From the NCBI GenBank assembly GCA_034520565.1, contig JAXHNL010000002.1, positions 1,536,001 to 1,600,000 on the forward strand: DNA of 64,000 bases, written 5' to 3'. Position 1 is the first letter of the stretch. Each line of letters begins with the position of its first letter. This stretch comes from Halodesulfurarchaeum sp. GTDB lineage: Archaea; Halobacteriota; Halobacteria; Halobacteriales; Halobacteriaceae. The notes beneath the pieces were generated by a model, which was given only the letters and a program-made list of their open reading frames with translations, did not search any database and was not told the origin of the DNA. A program made the position numbers and the translations under genes. This document shows, piece by piece, positions 31,019 through 40,883 of this stretch.

Positions 31019-31789
31019 ATGCTCACCTTCGTCGGTCTCGGCCTGTACGACGAACGGTCGGTCACGATCGAGGGCCGGGACGCGATCCGGAACGCCGACA
31101 GCGTCTTTGCCGAGTTCTACACGAGCGAACTGGTCGCCGCGACGGTCGAAGATTTGGAGGAGTACCACGCCGTCTCGATTCGGGTTCGTGATCGTGTTGG
31201 AGTCGAACAGGAACCGGAACCGATCCTCGACGCTGGAGCAACCGGCGAGGCAGTGTTTCTCACCGCGGGCGATCCCACGGTCTCGACGACGCACGTCGAT
31301 CTGCGCCTCAGGGCTTACGAACGTGGAATCGATACCCGAATCGTCCATGCTCCAACCGTACAGACGGCCGCGAGCGGGTTGACCGGCCTCCAGAACTATC
31401 GGTTCGGAAAAGCAACGACGATTCCCTTTCCCTGGGCACACGGCGGCGACGGCGTCCCCGAATCGGTAATCGAGACGATCGAGGAAAACAGGAAACGAGG
31501 ATTGCACACCGTCGCGTACCTGGACATCAAAGCCGAATCCGATGCGATGCTGAGCGGGGAAACCGCCGCGGGCCTTCTCGCCGACCACTGGCGAGGCGAC
31601 GTTCTGGGAGTTGTCGTTGGCCGGGCGGGAAGTCCCGAACCGGTCGTCCGAGCCGACCGACTCGATGAGCTCTCAGCGGGCTCGTTCGGTCCGCCGCCGC
31701 ATCTATTGGTGATTCCCGGTGACCTGCATTTGATCGAGCAAGAAGCGGTCGTCGCGTTCGGCGACGCTCCCGCGGTACTGTTCGAATAG
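31019..31789 (+). CDS. dph5: Diphthine methyl ester synthase
   Basis: MLTFVGLGL, EFYTS, GDP...TTHVDL, GLQNYRFG, GLHT..YLDI. Confidence 0.95.
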   Translation: MLTFVGLGLYDERSVTIEGRDAIRNADSVFAEFYTSELVAATVEDLEEYHAVSIRVRDRVGVEQEPEPILDAGATGEAVFLTAGDPTVSTTHVDLRLRAYERGIDTRIVHAPTVQTAASGLTGLQNYRFGKATTIPFPWAHGGDGVPESVIETIEENRKRGLHTVAYLDIKAESDAMLSGETAAGLLADHWRGDVLGVVVGRAGSPEPVVRADRLDELSAGSFGPPPHLLVIPGDLHLIEQEAVVAFGDAPAVLFE

Positions 31790-31802
31790 CGCCGAGTTCA
31801 AC

Positions 31803-32916
31803 TCACCGGCGGGCGACGATGCGAAGGATATCTTCGTCCTCGAGGACGTGATCCCGGCCGACCTGTTGATCGTCGTGTTTTGCACTCGGGCCGGTCACGC
31901 GAGCGAAGCGAAACCGGTTGTCGAAGGATCCACCGAGCTTCGAGAGGCCGTCGTCGACGGTCTGACCGCGACGGAGTATGAGTGGCTCCTCGTAATCGAT
32001 TCCCCTTCCGGGTTTGTCCATGTAAATTCTGATGAGCTCCAACTCCTCCCACAGCCGTTCTTTCAACGTCTCGAGGCCTCGTTCTTTCTCCGCGCTGATG
32101 AAGATCGCCGCCTCGGGATCGATGTTGTGCGTCCAGGAGATCCTCCCGCATCGTTTCCGCGTAGGACTGATCGATTAGGTCGACCTTGTTTACCACGGTG
32201 AGGGACGGGAGATAGACTCGATTTTGCATAATTCCGTCGACGAGCGTGTCGATGTCTGGGTCGCCGCGAATGGTTACCGACGCGTTGACGTAGCCGTGCT
32301 CTCGGAGCACGCTCTTGATGGTCGCCTCGTCGAGAGAGAGGTCAGCGGAGGCGTTGACGTCGATCCCGTCTTTTCCTTTTTTCCGAACGTTGATCGGGGG
32401 CGGATCGGTGTCGACACGAATGTTGTTCCGGTAGAGTTCCTCGGCGAGGGGACCGTACTGTTCGATTTCGAACGCCGAAAGCATGAAGACGACGAGGTCG
32501 GCGGTTCTGATGACCGAGAGAACTTCGCGACCGTCACCCCGACCTCCGGCCGCACCTTCGATCAATCCCGGGACGTCGAGCAACTGGATGTTCGCCCCCC
32601 GATAATCGAGCATTCCCGGGTAGACATCGAGAGTCGTGAAGTCGTATGCTCCGACTTCGCTATCGGCGTTCGTGAGGGCGTTGATCAAGGTGGACTTCCC
32701 GACGCTCGGAAAGCCGACGAGGGCGACCGTGGCGTCACCGGTCTGCTCCACGCCGTATCCACCGCCGCCGCTGCTCGATTCCTGCTGGGTGTCGAGTTCC
32801 TCGCGCTTCTCCGCGAGTTTGGCTTTGAGCCGACCGATGTGAGCTTCAGTGGACTTGTTGTAGGGAGTTTCGGCGATCTCCTCCTCGATTGCCTCGATCT
32901 CCTCCTCAAGTCCCAT
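31803..32916 (-). CDS. DRG/OBG-family GTPase with C-terminal TGS domain; apparent frameshift near 32128
   Basis: NKSTEAHIGRLKAKLA, GFPSVGKST, DVPGLIEGA, NKVD; C-terminal QVGRDHVLEDEDIL. Confidence 0.92.
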
Positions 32917-33041
32917 TACCTGCCGATATTCGACAGCCGCCGAAAAGCTTGTCCAATCCGTTTGGGAGCCATCAGTGGAGTGGCCGCCGACACTTCCCGG
33001 AAAAGACAAGGGTTAAACCCGATCATCGACTGGCTGCCAAT

Positions 33042-33518
33042 ATGGCTGACACGATCGAAATCCTCGTTGCTGGCGGCGAGGCCGATCCGGGCCCGCCACT
33101 CGGGCCAGAGCTGGGACCGACCCCCGTCGACGTCCAGGCGGTCGTCCAGAAAATCAACGACGAGACTGCCGCGTTCGACGGCACGGAGGTCCCCGTCACT
33201 ATCGAGTACGAGGAAGACGGGTCCTTCTCCATCGAAGTGGGGGTCCCTCCGACGGCGGCACTGATCAAGGACGAAGCGGGCTTCGAGACGGGAAGCGGCG
33301 ATCCGGATACGAACTTCGTCGCGGACCTCTCGGTCGAACAGGTGAAAACGATCGCCGAACAGAAGCTTTCGGACCTTCTCTCCTATGACCCAAAGGCCGC
33401 GGTGAAGGAAGTCGCCGGAACCTGTGTCTCCCTCGGTGTGACTGTCGAGGGCGAGGACGCCCGAACGTTCAAACAGCGCGTCGACGACGGCGAGTACGAC
33501 GACGTTCTCGAGGCCTGA
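33042..33518 (+). CDS. rpl11: 50S ribosomal protein L11 (uL11)
   Basis: GGEADPGPPLGPELG, VPPTAALIK. Confidence 0.97.
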   Translation: MADTIEILVAGGEADPGPPLGPELGPTPVDVQAVVQKINDETAAFDGTEVPVTIEYEEDGSFSIEVGVPPTAALIKDEAGFETGSGDPDTNFVADLSVEQVKTIAEQKLSDLLSYDPKAAVKEVAGTCVSLGVTVEGEDARTFKQRVDDGEYDDVLEA

Positions 33519-33574
33519 AACGGCTCCCCGACGGTTCGACGGGTTTAAGTTGGCTTCGACACCTTTCTCCACCC

Positions 33575-33648
33575 GAGACAGGCATCGCCTGTTTCACTGA
33601 CCCGTAGGAGATCTGACCTGAGAGGGTCGTGGACTACGGAGGTGAAAA
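33575..33648 (+). promoter_or_regulatory. L1 operon 5' leader, probable uL1 autogenous-control structure; TATA-like TTTAAG at 33544-33549
   Basis: Hairpin ACAGGC-ATC-GCCTGT, then CCGTAG...CTACGG enclosing GACC/GGTC helices next to the SD GGAGGTGA; consistent with the described halobacterial L1-L10-L12 leader. Confidence 0.65.
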
Positions 33649-34287
33649 ATGGCAGACTCTGCTATCGAAGAGGCCGTGAATCGCGCACTCGAGGAGGCCC
33701 CGGAGCGTGCGTTCCGGGAGACGGTGGACCTCGCTGTAAACCTGCGCGACATCGACCTGAATGACCCATCGAATCGTATCGACGAAAGCGTCGTCCTCCC
33801 GGAGGGGACCGGTCAAGAGACATCGATCGTGGTGTTCGCGACCGGCGAAACTGCCGTCCGGGCCGCTGACGTCGCCGAGGAAGTGCTCGACGGAGACGAT
33901 CTCGAGGACCTCGGTGACGACGACGATGCTGCAAAAGACCTGGCAGACGCTACCGACTTCTTCGTCGCCGAAGCGTCGATGATGCAGGACATCGGTCGAT
34001 ACCTCGGGACCGTCCTGGGTCCCCGGGGAAAGATGCCGACGCCGCTGCAACCTGACGACGACGTCGTCGAAGTCGTGAACCGAATGAAAAACAGCGTCCA
34101 GCTTCGCAGTGGCGACCGACGCACGTTCCACGCACGCGTCGGCGCCGAGGACATGAGCGCAGAGGAGATCGCCGACAACATCGACGTGATCCTCCGTCGT
34201 CTCCACGCAGACCTGGAAAAGGGCCCACTTAACGTGGATTCCGTGTACGTGAAGACCACGATGGGACCCGCCGTGGAGGTGGCCTAA
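33649..34287 (+). CDS. rpl1: 50S ribosomal protein L1 (uL1)
   Basis: [26 protein letters not shown]. Confidence 0.97.
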   Translation: MADSAIEEAVNRALEEAPERAFRETVDLAVNLRDIDLNDPSNRIDESVVLPEGTGQETSIVVFATGETAVRAADVAEEVLDGDDLEDLGDDDDAAKDLADATDFFVAEASMMQDIGRYLGTVLGPRGKMPTPLQPDDDVVEVVNRMKNSVQLRSGDRRTFHARVGAEDMSAEEIADNIDVILRRLHADLEKGPLNVDSVYVKTTMGPAVEVA

Positions 34288-35331
34288 ATGACGGCCGAAG
34301 TCGACCACACGACCGAGCACGTTCCCGAGTGGAAAAAGCGGGAAGTCGAGGACCTGGTCTCGGTGATCGAGTCCTACGACAGCGTGGGTATCATCGACGT
34401 CGAGGGCATCCCGAGCCGACAGCTCCAGGAGATGCGGGCCGAACTTTACGGAACGGCCGCACTCCGGATGAGCCGCAATACGCTGCTCGAGCGTGCCCTC
34501 GACCAAGTTGACGAAGGGCTGGAGGCGCTCGTTCCGTACCTCTCGGGCCACGTGGGGCTCGTCGGGACGAACGAGAACCCCTTCACCCTGTACCAGCAAC
34601 TCGAACAGTCCAAGACTGCGGCCCCGATCAGTGCTGGTGAGATCGCCCCGAAAGACATCGTTATCGAGGAGGGCGACACGGGGATGGACCCCGGCCCGTT
34701 CGTCGGCGACCTTCAGAACGTGGGCGCCGCCGCTCGCATCGACGAAGGGTCGATCAAGGTTCTCGAAGACAGCGTCGTTGCGGAGGCCGGAGACCGTGTC
34801 TCCCAGGATTTGGCCGGCGTGCTTGGCGAACTCGGCATCGAACCGAAGGAGGTCGGACTCGACCTCCGTGCCGTGTATGCTGACGGCGTCCTCTTCGAGT
34901 CCGAGGAACTCGAAATCGACATCGAGCAGTTCCACGCCGACTTCCAGTCCGCGGCCGCAGCGGCCCACAACCTGGCCGTCAACGCCGCCATCCCGACGAC
35001 GGACTCGATGCCCGCCCTGCTCGCGAAAGCCAGCGGCGAGGCGAAGAGCCTCGGCCTGCAGGCCGCTATCGAGAGCCCGGATCTCGTGGACGATCTGGTC
35101 TCGACTGCAGATGCCCAGGTTCGGGCGATCGCGTCCCAGATCGAGGATACGGACGCCCTGCCCGAGGAACTGGCTGACATCGACGCCCCGGCCGCGGGCG
35201 AGACAGCCGAACCGACGGAATCGACCGACGACCAACCCGACGAGGCAGACACCGACGAGGAAGATGAAGACGTGGACGATGACGACGACGAAGACGCTGG
35301 TGGCGAAGGCCTCGGAGAAATGTTCGGATAA
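34288..35331 (+). CDS. rpl10: 50S ribosomal protein L10 (P0)
   Basis: [20 protein letters not shown], acidic tail ending GLGEMFG. Confidence 0.97.
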   Translation: MTAEVDHTTEHVPEWKKREVEDLVSVIESYDSVGIIDVEGIPSRQLQEMRAELYGTAALRMSRNTLLERALDQVDEGLEALVPYLSGHVGLVGTNENPFTLYQQLEQSKTAAPISAGEIAPKDIVIEEGDTGMDPGPFVGDLQNVGAAARIDEGSIKVLEDSVVAEAGDRVSQDLAGVLGELGIEPKEVGLDLRAVYADGVLFESEELEIDIEQFHADFQSAAAAAHNLAVNAAIPTTDSMPALLAKASGEAKSLGLQAAIESPDLVDDLVSTADAQVRAIASQIEDTDALPEELADIDAPAAGETAEPTESTDDQPDEADTDEEDEDVDDDDDEDAGGEGLGEMFG

Positions 35332-35336
35332 CACCC

Positions 35337-35669
35337 ATGGAATACGTATACGCAGCACTCATCTTGAACGAAGCCGACGCAGAGATCAACGAAGACAACC
35401 TGACTGACGTACTCGAGTCCGCCGGCGTGGACGTCGAGGAATCCCGTGTCAAGGCCCTCGTCGCCGCCCTCGAAGACGTCGATATCGAGGAGGCCGTCGA
35501 GCAGGCCGCCGCAGCCCCGGCTCCCGCCGCTGGCGGTGGCGCTGCCGAAGAAACGACCGAAGCAGACGAGGAGGAAGCAGACGAAGAGACTGCCGAAGCG
35601 GACGAGGAAGAAGCCGAAGAAGAAGAGGAGGAAGCCTCGGGCGAAGGCCTGGGCGACCTCTTCGGGTAG
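35337..35669 (+). CDS. rpl12: 50S ribosomal protein L12 (P1)
   Basis: [10 protein letters not shown], Ala/Glu hinge, GLGDLFG. Confidence 0.97.
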   Translation: MEYVYAALILNEADAEINEDNLTDVLESAGVDVEESRVKALVAALEDVDIEEAVEQAAAAPAPAAGGGAAEETTEADEEEADEETAEADEEEAEEEEEEASGEGLGDLFG

Positions 35670-35770
35670 ACCCGCAGGTCACCACGAGGCTCGGGTAGAC
35701 CGGCAGTCACAACGAGGCAGTTTTTCGTTTATAGCCCGTTCGAAGCGACGGCGCTGACCCGGGACGAACG

Positions 35771-36475
35771 TCAGTTTGTACAATCCCAAACGTCATCGTC
35801 AGGAAACGCTGCGATTTCCACCCGCCACCCATCGAGAACCGCAAACCGTTCGTTTCGTCGACGTTCGAGGCAACGCAGCAAGCGGGCTGCCCATTTGAGC
35901 TTCCGCCGCTTTGTCCCTGAAACCGATTCGTCGCCGAACTCCCACCCCGGGAAGGACAGTGATCTACCCCCGAAGTGATCTGCGAGAAACGCGGCCCGAT
36001 CCCCGTCCGTGAACCCGCCGAAGTTGAAGACGGATTTCAGGGGTTCGACCTGCGTCGTCCCGATCACGGTTTCGAGTTCGAACCGAGGGAGATACGTCCT
36101 GAGCGCCGCCACGTTGTCCCCGTGAGCGTGTATCGCGACCGGGACGCCATCGGTAGCGAGGGAAATGGCCGTCTCCGGCGTTCCATCGAGGTCGGTGACG
36201 ACGAGATCGGGGCGAATCCCGGCCGCCTCGAGCACGGCGGCTGCGTTCGAAACAGCGATTACTCGCTCTGCCTCTCGGACGAGCGAAATTTCGGCTTCGA
36301 GGGTCCGACTCCCTCCGGCAATCGCAACCGTTCGATCCGCGAAGTCGAGATCGGCAAAATCGAAGGGCATCACGAATTGGGCCAGCAGGTCCCGTGCCTG
36401 CCGGTCTGCGGCGGGATCGTATCCGAAGTCGGCCACGATCCGTTCGTAAATCGGCTCCCACGCCTCGTATTCCAT
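35771..36475 (-). CDS. mptE: 6-hydroxymethyl-7,8-dihydropterin pyrophosphokinase MptE
   Basis: WEPIYERI..DFGY, VVTDLDG, HAHGDN, NFGGFTDGDRA, KLKWA. Confidence 0.9.
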   Translation of the reverse strand: MEYEAWEPIYERIVADFGYDPAADRQARDLLAQFVMPFDFADLDFADRTVAIAGGSRTLEAEISLVREAERVIAVSNAAAVLEAAGIRPDLVVTDLDGTPETAISLATDGVPVAIHAHGDNVAALRTYLPRFELETVIGTTQVEPLKSVFNFGGFTDGDRAAFLADHFGGRSLSFPGWEFGDESVSGTKRRKLKWAARLLRCLERRRNERFAVLDGWRVEIAAFPDDDVWDCTN

Positions 36476-36695
36476 GGCTTTCGCTATGCGGTCAAAATAT
36501 GTAGGAACCCTGGTTCGAGCCGGAGACCCCGACCGTTTGTACCCCTACCCAAGGGGTCCGGCCTCCAATCACCGCTTTAACCCCATCCGGTATAAGTTTT
36601 CTTGTTGTCAGGGGACGATCATGGGTGATGTGGGCCCGATCGACCCACAGTCTCGGGTGCCTTTTTGGTTCGGGCCCGCCTATCTGGGCACGATC

Positions 36696-37694
36696 ATGGA
36701 ATTTCTGAGCCAGATCCAAACGGCGACGTTTTACAACCCGCTCGAGGACTTCGCCGAAACCGACGTGGAGATCGAAGTCCGTGAGGACCCCTTGACTGGT
36801 CGCCAGACGAGGATCGTCCCGGACTCGTTTATCGAACCGGAGGAGACCCCGGACCTCCCAGCGTCGGTCATCGATGGCGAGGGGTGTTTTTTCTGCCCCG
36901 GAACCGTGGCGGAAGCCACGCCAAAATACCCCGATTTCGTCGGCTTCGATCGGGGTTCGGTTGGCGAAGCGACCTCATTTCCGAACCTGAACCCCTACGG
37001 CGCGCATTCGAACGTCGTCGTTCTGACCGAGGATCATTACGTGCCACTCGGCGAGCTTTCGGCCGAGGTGCTCGCGGACGGCCTTGTCGCTGCGCTCGAA
37101 TACGTCACGGCCGTCTTCGAGGAAGACACCGACGCTTCCGTCGCGTCGGTCAATATGAACCTCCTGCCTGCAGCCGGTTCGAGTATTATTCACCCCCACG
37201 TGCAGACCCTCGTCGACGATCGGGGGACGAACAGTCAGCGGGCTCGAATCGACGGTGCTCGGGAATATTCGGAGGGGACTGGAGCCGAGTATTTCGGGGA
37301 CCTGCTCGACTCGACTCGGAATACCGAGCGCTATATCGGCTCGACCGGAGACGTCGAGTGGATTGCCCCGTTTGCCCCACGGCATCACCGTCACGTCCAG
37401 GGAATCGCCCCGGAACCTGGACTCCTCGAAGCCGATTCCGACGTCGTGGCATCCGTCGCGGCGGGCATTGCCAACGTGGCCGCCCAGTATGCCGACCTCG
37501 GGCTCAACAGTTTCAATTTCGGGCTGCATCTGGTTGACGACGAGGCGGTCAGACCGCACGTCGACGTCGTCGCCAGAGCCGCTTTCGACGAGTACGGATG
37601 GAGCGATGCCACCTTCTTCGAGACGATTCACGACGAAAGTGTCATCGACGTCCCACCGGAGGCGTACGCGAATTCGGTCGCTGCGTTCTTCTAA
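36696..37694 (+). CDS. GalT-like (HIT superfamily) nucleotidyltransferase
   Basis: EVREDPLTG, CFFC, FPNLNPY, AGSSIIHPHVQ (HxHxQ). Confidence 0.8.
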   Translation: MEFLSQIQTATFYNPLEDFAETDVEIEVREDPLTGRQTRIVPDSFIEPEETPDLPASVIDGEGCFFCPGTVAEATPKYPDFVGFDRGSVGEATSFPNLNPYGAHSNVVVLTEDHYVPLGELSAEVLADGLVAALEYVTAVFEEDTDASVASVNMNLLPAAGSSIIHPHVQTLVDDRGTNSQRARIDGAREYSEGTGAEYFGDLLDSTRNTERYIGSTGDVEWIAPFAPRHHRHVQGIAPEPGLLEADSDVVASVAAGIANVAAQYADLGLNSFNFGLHLVDDEAVRPHVDVVARAAFDEYGWSDATFFETIHDESVIDVPPEAYANSVAAFF

Positions 37695-37762
37695 CGCGTC
37701 AGCCTGACCGGGTACTGATAGAATGACCGCGGGTTTTTGGCTACTCGCTTCCAGTACTTCGT

Positions 37763-38515
37763 ATGGTCGAGCAGGACGGAACCGCGGGACCAGACCCCCC
37801 CGCCGTGGTGGTCGTGGACGCGCAGACTCCGGGTAACGTCGGCACTATCGCCAGGGCAATGAAGAATTTCGGGTTCACCGACCTCCGTCTCGTCGATCCG
37901 CCGGAACTGGACCCGGAGGGAGAAGCCTACGGCTATGCTGGACAGGCGAGAGCGGACGTGTTACCGAACGCCTCCGAGACGACCCTCGAGGACGTCGTCG
38001 AAACGTTTCATACGGTCGGGTTCACGGCCGTGACCAACGAAGACGGTTCGAGTCACGTCCGGTACCCGTTCAAAACCCCCCATGAACTGGCCGAATCGCT
38101 GGAGGAGTTCCCCCGGCGAACGGCCCTGGTTTTTGGTCGAGAACCGACCGGGTTGCATAACGACGAACTCGCCAGGCTCGACGAGATCTGTGCGATTCCT
38201 GCGGACGCGGACTATCCGGTATTGAACCTCGGCCAGGCCGCAACGATCGCGTTGTACGAACTCCGTGACGTGGCCGTCCAGGAGACCCAATTGCCGGACC
38301 GGAAGCCAGCGCTCGCGGAACCGGCCGAAATCGAGCGGTTTCACGACCACGTAGCACGGTTTCTCGTCGAAATCGGTCATCCAAAGGAAAAGCGGTCGAA
38401 GACCCAGCGGCTCGTCCGTCGGGTAATCGGACGGGCGAATCCGACCGGTCGAGAACTCGTGACACTTCGAGGCGTGATGCGGCGAGCCGGCAGCGACCGG
38501 AACGAAACGGAGTGA
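37763..38515 (+). CDS. trmJ: SPOUT RNA methyltransferase (TrmJ family)
   Basis: PGNVGTIARAMKNFG, LVFGRE..GL, YPVLNLGQA. Confidence 0.88.
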   Translation: MVEQDGTAGPDPPAVVVVDAQTPGNVGTIARAMKNFGFTDLRLVDPPELDPEGEAYGYAGQARADVLPNASETTLEDVVETFHTVGFTAVTNEDGSSHVRYPFKTPHELAESLEEFPRRTALVFGREPTGLHNDELARLDEICAIPADADYPVLNLGQAATIALYELRDVAVQETQLPDRKPALAEPAEIERFHDHVARFLVEIGHPKEKRSKTQRLVRRVIGRANPTGRELVTLRGVMRRAGSDRNETE

Positions 38516-39541
38516 TTACCGCTTTCGACCGCGGTTCGGGTGTTCCGATTTGCCGTACGTCGGCCCCGTCTCCGTTATCGTCTCATCGATATCGCGAAGG
38601 ACACCGAGCATTTTGGCGTAGGGGGCATCCAATATCTTGACGACGAGATCCCGACGGATCGCGGTGAACCCGAGCATAATCAGGACGAATCCACCAATCA
38701 TCGTTGGCGTGATAGCCTGACCGAGCAGGATCCAGGCCACCAGCGCGGCGGTCATTGGTTCGAGATACCCGACCAAATTGAGCTGCGAGGGGCCGACACG
38801 GTCGAGCAGCGTGAAATAGATCAAGTAGGCGACGATTCCCGAAAACAGAACCAGATATCCCAACGAGATCCACCCTGTACTGGTAATTTCGAGCCCGGTC
38901 ATCGATTCGCCGCGGAGCTGTCCGACGGTGAGCAGAATGGTCGATCCGCCCAACATGGCCCAGGCCTGGACGGTCTCGATCGGCAGCCCCGACCGAACCG
39001 TCCGGGAGAGGACGCCACCGGCCGCGAAACTCGCCGCGGCGAGGAGCACGAGACCGATTCCTTGCAGGTGTTTGACGTCCAGGGTTCCGGGATCGGGCTG
39101 GGCGATGACCACGACGCCGACGAGTCCCAGGACGAATCCGACGATCTCGTGAACTCGCGGGAACCCACGCTCGAGAGTGAGACTGGCGAAGACGAGGGTT
39201 AGCACCGGTGCGAGGCTGAGCACGATCGAAGCGACTGCTCCGGAAACGATCTGCTCGCCGAGGTAGAGGAACGCGTGATTGGCGAAGATCATGAAGACGG
39301 CAACGATGCCGATCAGTGTCAAATCCGTCCGGTTCTGCGGGAGAATAACCGGTGCGGACATGACTGCAACGGCCATGATGAGCCCCCCGGCAAGGAGGTA
39401 CCGAATCCCGGCGAAGTGGAGTGGCGGAAATTCGTGGAGGCCGACTTCGATAGCGACGAACGAACTACCCCAGAAGAGTGCCAGGAGGAGGAACAGTGCG
39501 ACCGTTCCCCTGGGACCGCGGAGGAAATGAGAGACGTTCAT
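38516..39541 (-). CDS. DMT/EamA family transporter
   Basis: FWGSSFVAI...PPL..AGIR; about ten TM segments; YLEP. Confidence 0.9.
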   Translation of the reverse strand: MNVSHFLRGPRGTVALFLLLALFWGSSFVAIEVGLHEFPPLHFAGIRYLLAGGLIMAVAVMSAPVILPQNRTDLTLIGIVAVFMIFANHAFLYLGEQIVSGAVASIVLSLAPVLTLVFASLTLERGFPRVHEIVGFVLGLVGVVVIAQPDPGTLDVKHLQGIGLVLLAAASFAAGGVLSRTVRSGLPIETVQAWAMLGGSTILLTVGQLRGESMTGLEITSTGWISLGYLVLFSGIVAYLIYFTLLDRVGPSQLNLVGYLEPMTAALVAWILLGQAITPTMIGGFVLIMLGFTAIRRDLVVKILDAPYAKMLGVLRDIDETITETGPTYGKSEHPNRGRKR

Positions 39542-39816
39542 TGTATGAATACGAAATTCACGGTGTCTTTTAAGGCTTTCTACAAAACATCATAGAAATC
39601 TCAAGGTACATTCGGGATAATGAATAACAGTAATAGATTAATGGCAGTGGGGGCGGATTATGGTCCGGATTTCGAACCTGACCCAATCACAGGAGGCGAA
39701 CGAACGCCGACGGACCCCAATTTTCGTCGATAGATCGACTCCGCGCTTGGAAATCACGTCGTTCATCGGTGAAAGAGACGACAGGTTAACTAAATGGGGC
39801 CGTATACAGAGCCAGC

Positions 39817-40299
39817 ATGGACGAACGCGACGTCGCCATTCTCAAGGCGATCTCCGATCTCGGCACGGGGAGTCCCGATCGCATCCACGAGGAGACCGAC
39901 ATCCCGGTATCGACGATTCACTATCGGCTCAAGAACCTCCGGGAGGAGGGGATCATCGAAAACGACCTCTATGACTTCGATCACGAGGCCCTGGGACTCG
40001 GCGTGACGATCATCGTCGAGGTCCTGGCGAATTACGACGGGACCTCCGAGGAGGTCCAGGAAGCGCTCTTCGACATCGAAGGGGTGACTCAGGTTTTTTT
40101 CACGATGGGAGAGACGGACTTCATCGTGCTCGCGAAACTGCCCGATTCGGACAGCGTGGAGCGTCTCATCGCGGATTTCGAGTCGATCCCGGAAGTAGAT
40201 CGAACCACGTCGACCTTCGTCGTCTCCACGATGCGAGACGAGTCGCGGGCGCCCGCGACCTACGATCTCGAAACGCTCACGGACGCATTAGTCGAGTGA
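39817..40299 (+). CDS. Lrp/AsnC family transcriptional regulator, divergent from the EamA gene
   Basis: MDERDVAIL...STIHYRLKNLREEGII HTH, MGETDF. Confidence 0.9.
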   Translation: MDERDVAILKAISDLGTGSPDRIHEETDIPVSTIHYRLKNLREEGIIENDLYDFDHEALGLGVTIIVEVLANYDGTSEEVQEALFDIEGVTQVFFTMGETDFIVLAKLPDSDSVERLIADFESIPEVDRTTSTFVVSTMRDESRAPATYDLETLTDALVE

Positions 40300-40782
40300 G
40301 ATGTCCGCCGTGGACAGTTTCCGCTCGACGAAGAGCAAGCTTACCAGCCCGAGCATGATGACCGTATAGGCGATCGCCGCGAGCAACGCGTCGTTCACGC
40401 TCGGATATTCCGAGGTTCTGAAGATGATGACTTTTCGAACCATGGCGATCACGCCGGTGTAAATCACCAGGCGAACGATCTGACGCGTCTCGTTCTGTTT
40501 GACGTAGGCGACGACGGTCTGATACACCTCGACAATGATGAGGAGCAACAAGCCAGTCTCGATAAACCCGATAACCACGAGCGGATCGGTAATCCCGCCG
40601 GTTGGGACCGTCAACGCGATCTGGTAAGCCAGATCGATCACACCGATGCCGAACAGGAGCGCGAAAAGAGCGGCGGCTGCCAGTTCGACGACCTGGACGA
40701 ACTGGCCGATTCCGTTTGAGACCTGGTGTGCCCGTTCACCGGTCTTGATTCGATCGTGGTCGCTCGAACCTTCCTTTGACAT
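40288..40782 (-). CDS. PsiE-like (phosphate-starvation-inducible E family) membrane protein
   Basis: LLLLIIVEVYQTV, VIAMVRKVI. Confidence 0.8.
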   Translation of the reverse strand: MSKEGSSDHDRIKTGERAHQVSNGIGQFVQVVELAAAALFALLFGIGVIDLAYQIALTVPTGGITDPLVVIGFIETGLLLLIIVEVYQTVVAYVKQNETRQIVRLVIYTGVIAMVRKVIIFRTSEYPSVNDALLAAIAYTVIMLGLVSLLFVERKLSTADISLD

Positions 40783-40883
40783 GTCGTGGTGCTTGAACGG
40801 GATAACGGAGGCCCCCCTCCTAAAAGGGTGGGTCGAGAATTACGTGTGGATCGAAATAGGTCTTCCGTGACGATTGAACCGGG

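Noticed and set aside
39542-39816. AT-rich stretch suggesting foreign DNA
   Set aside because: Short and explained as the divergent promoter region of the EamA-Lrp pair.
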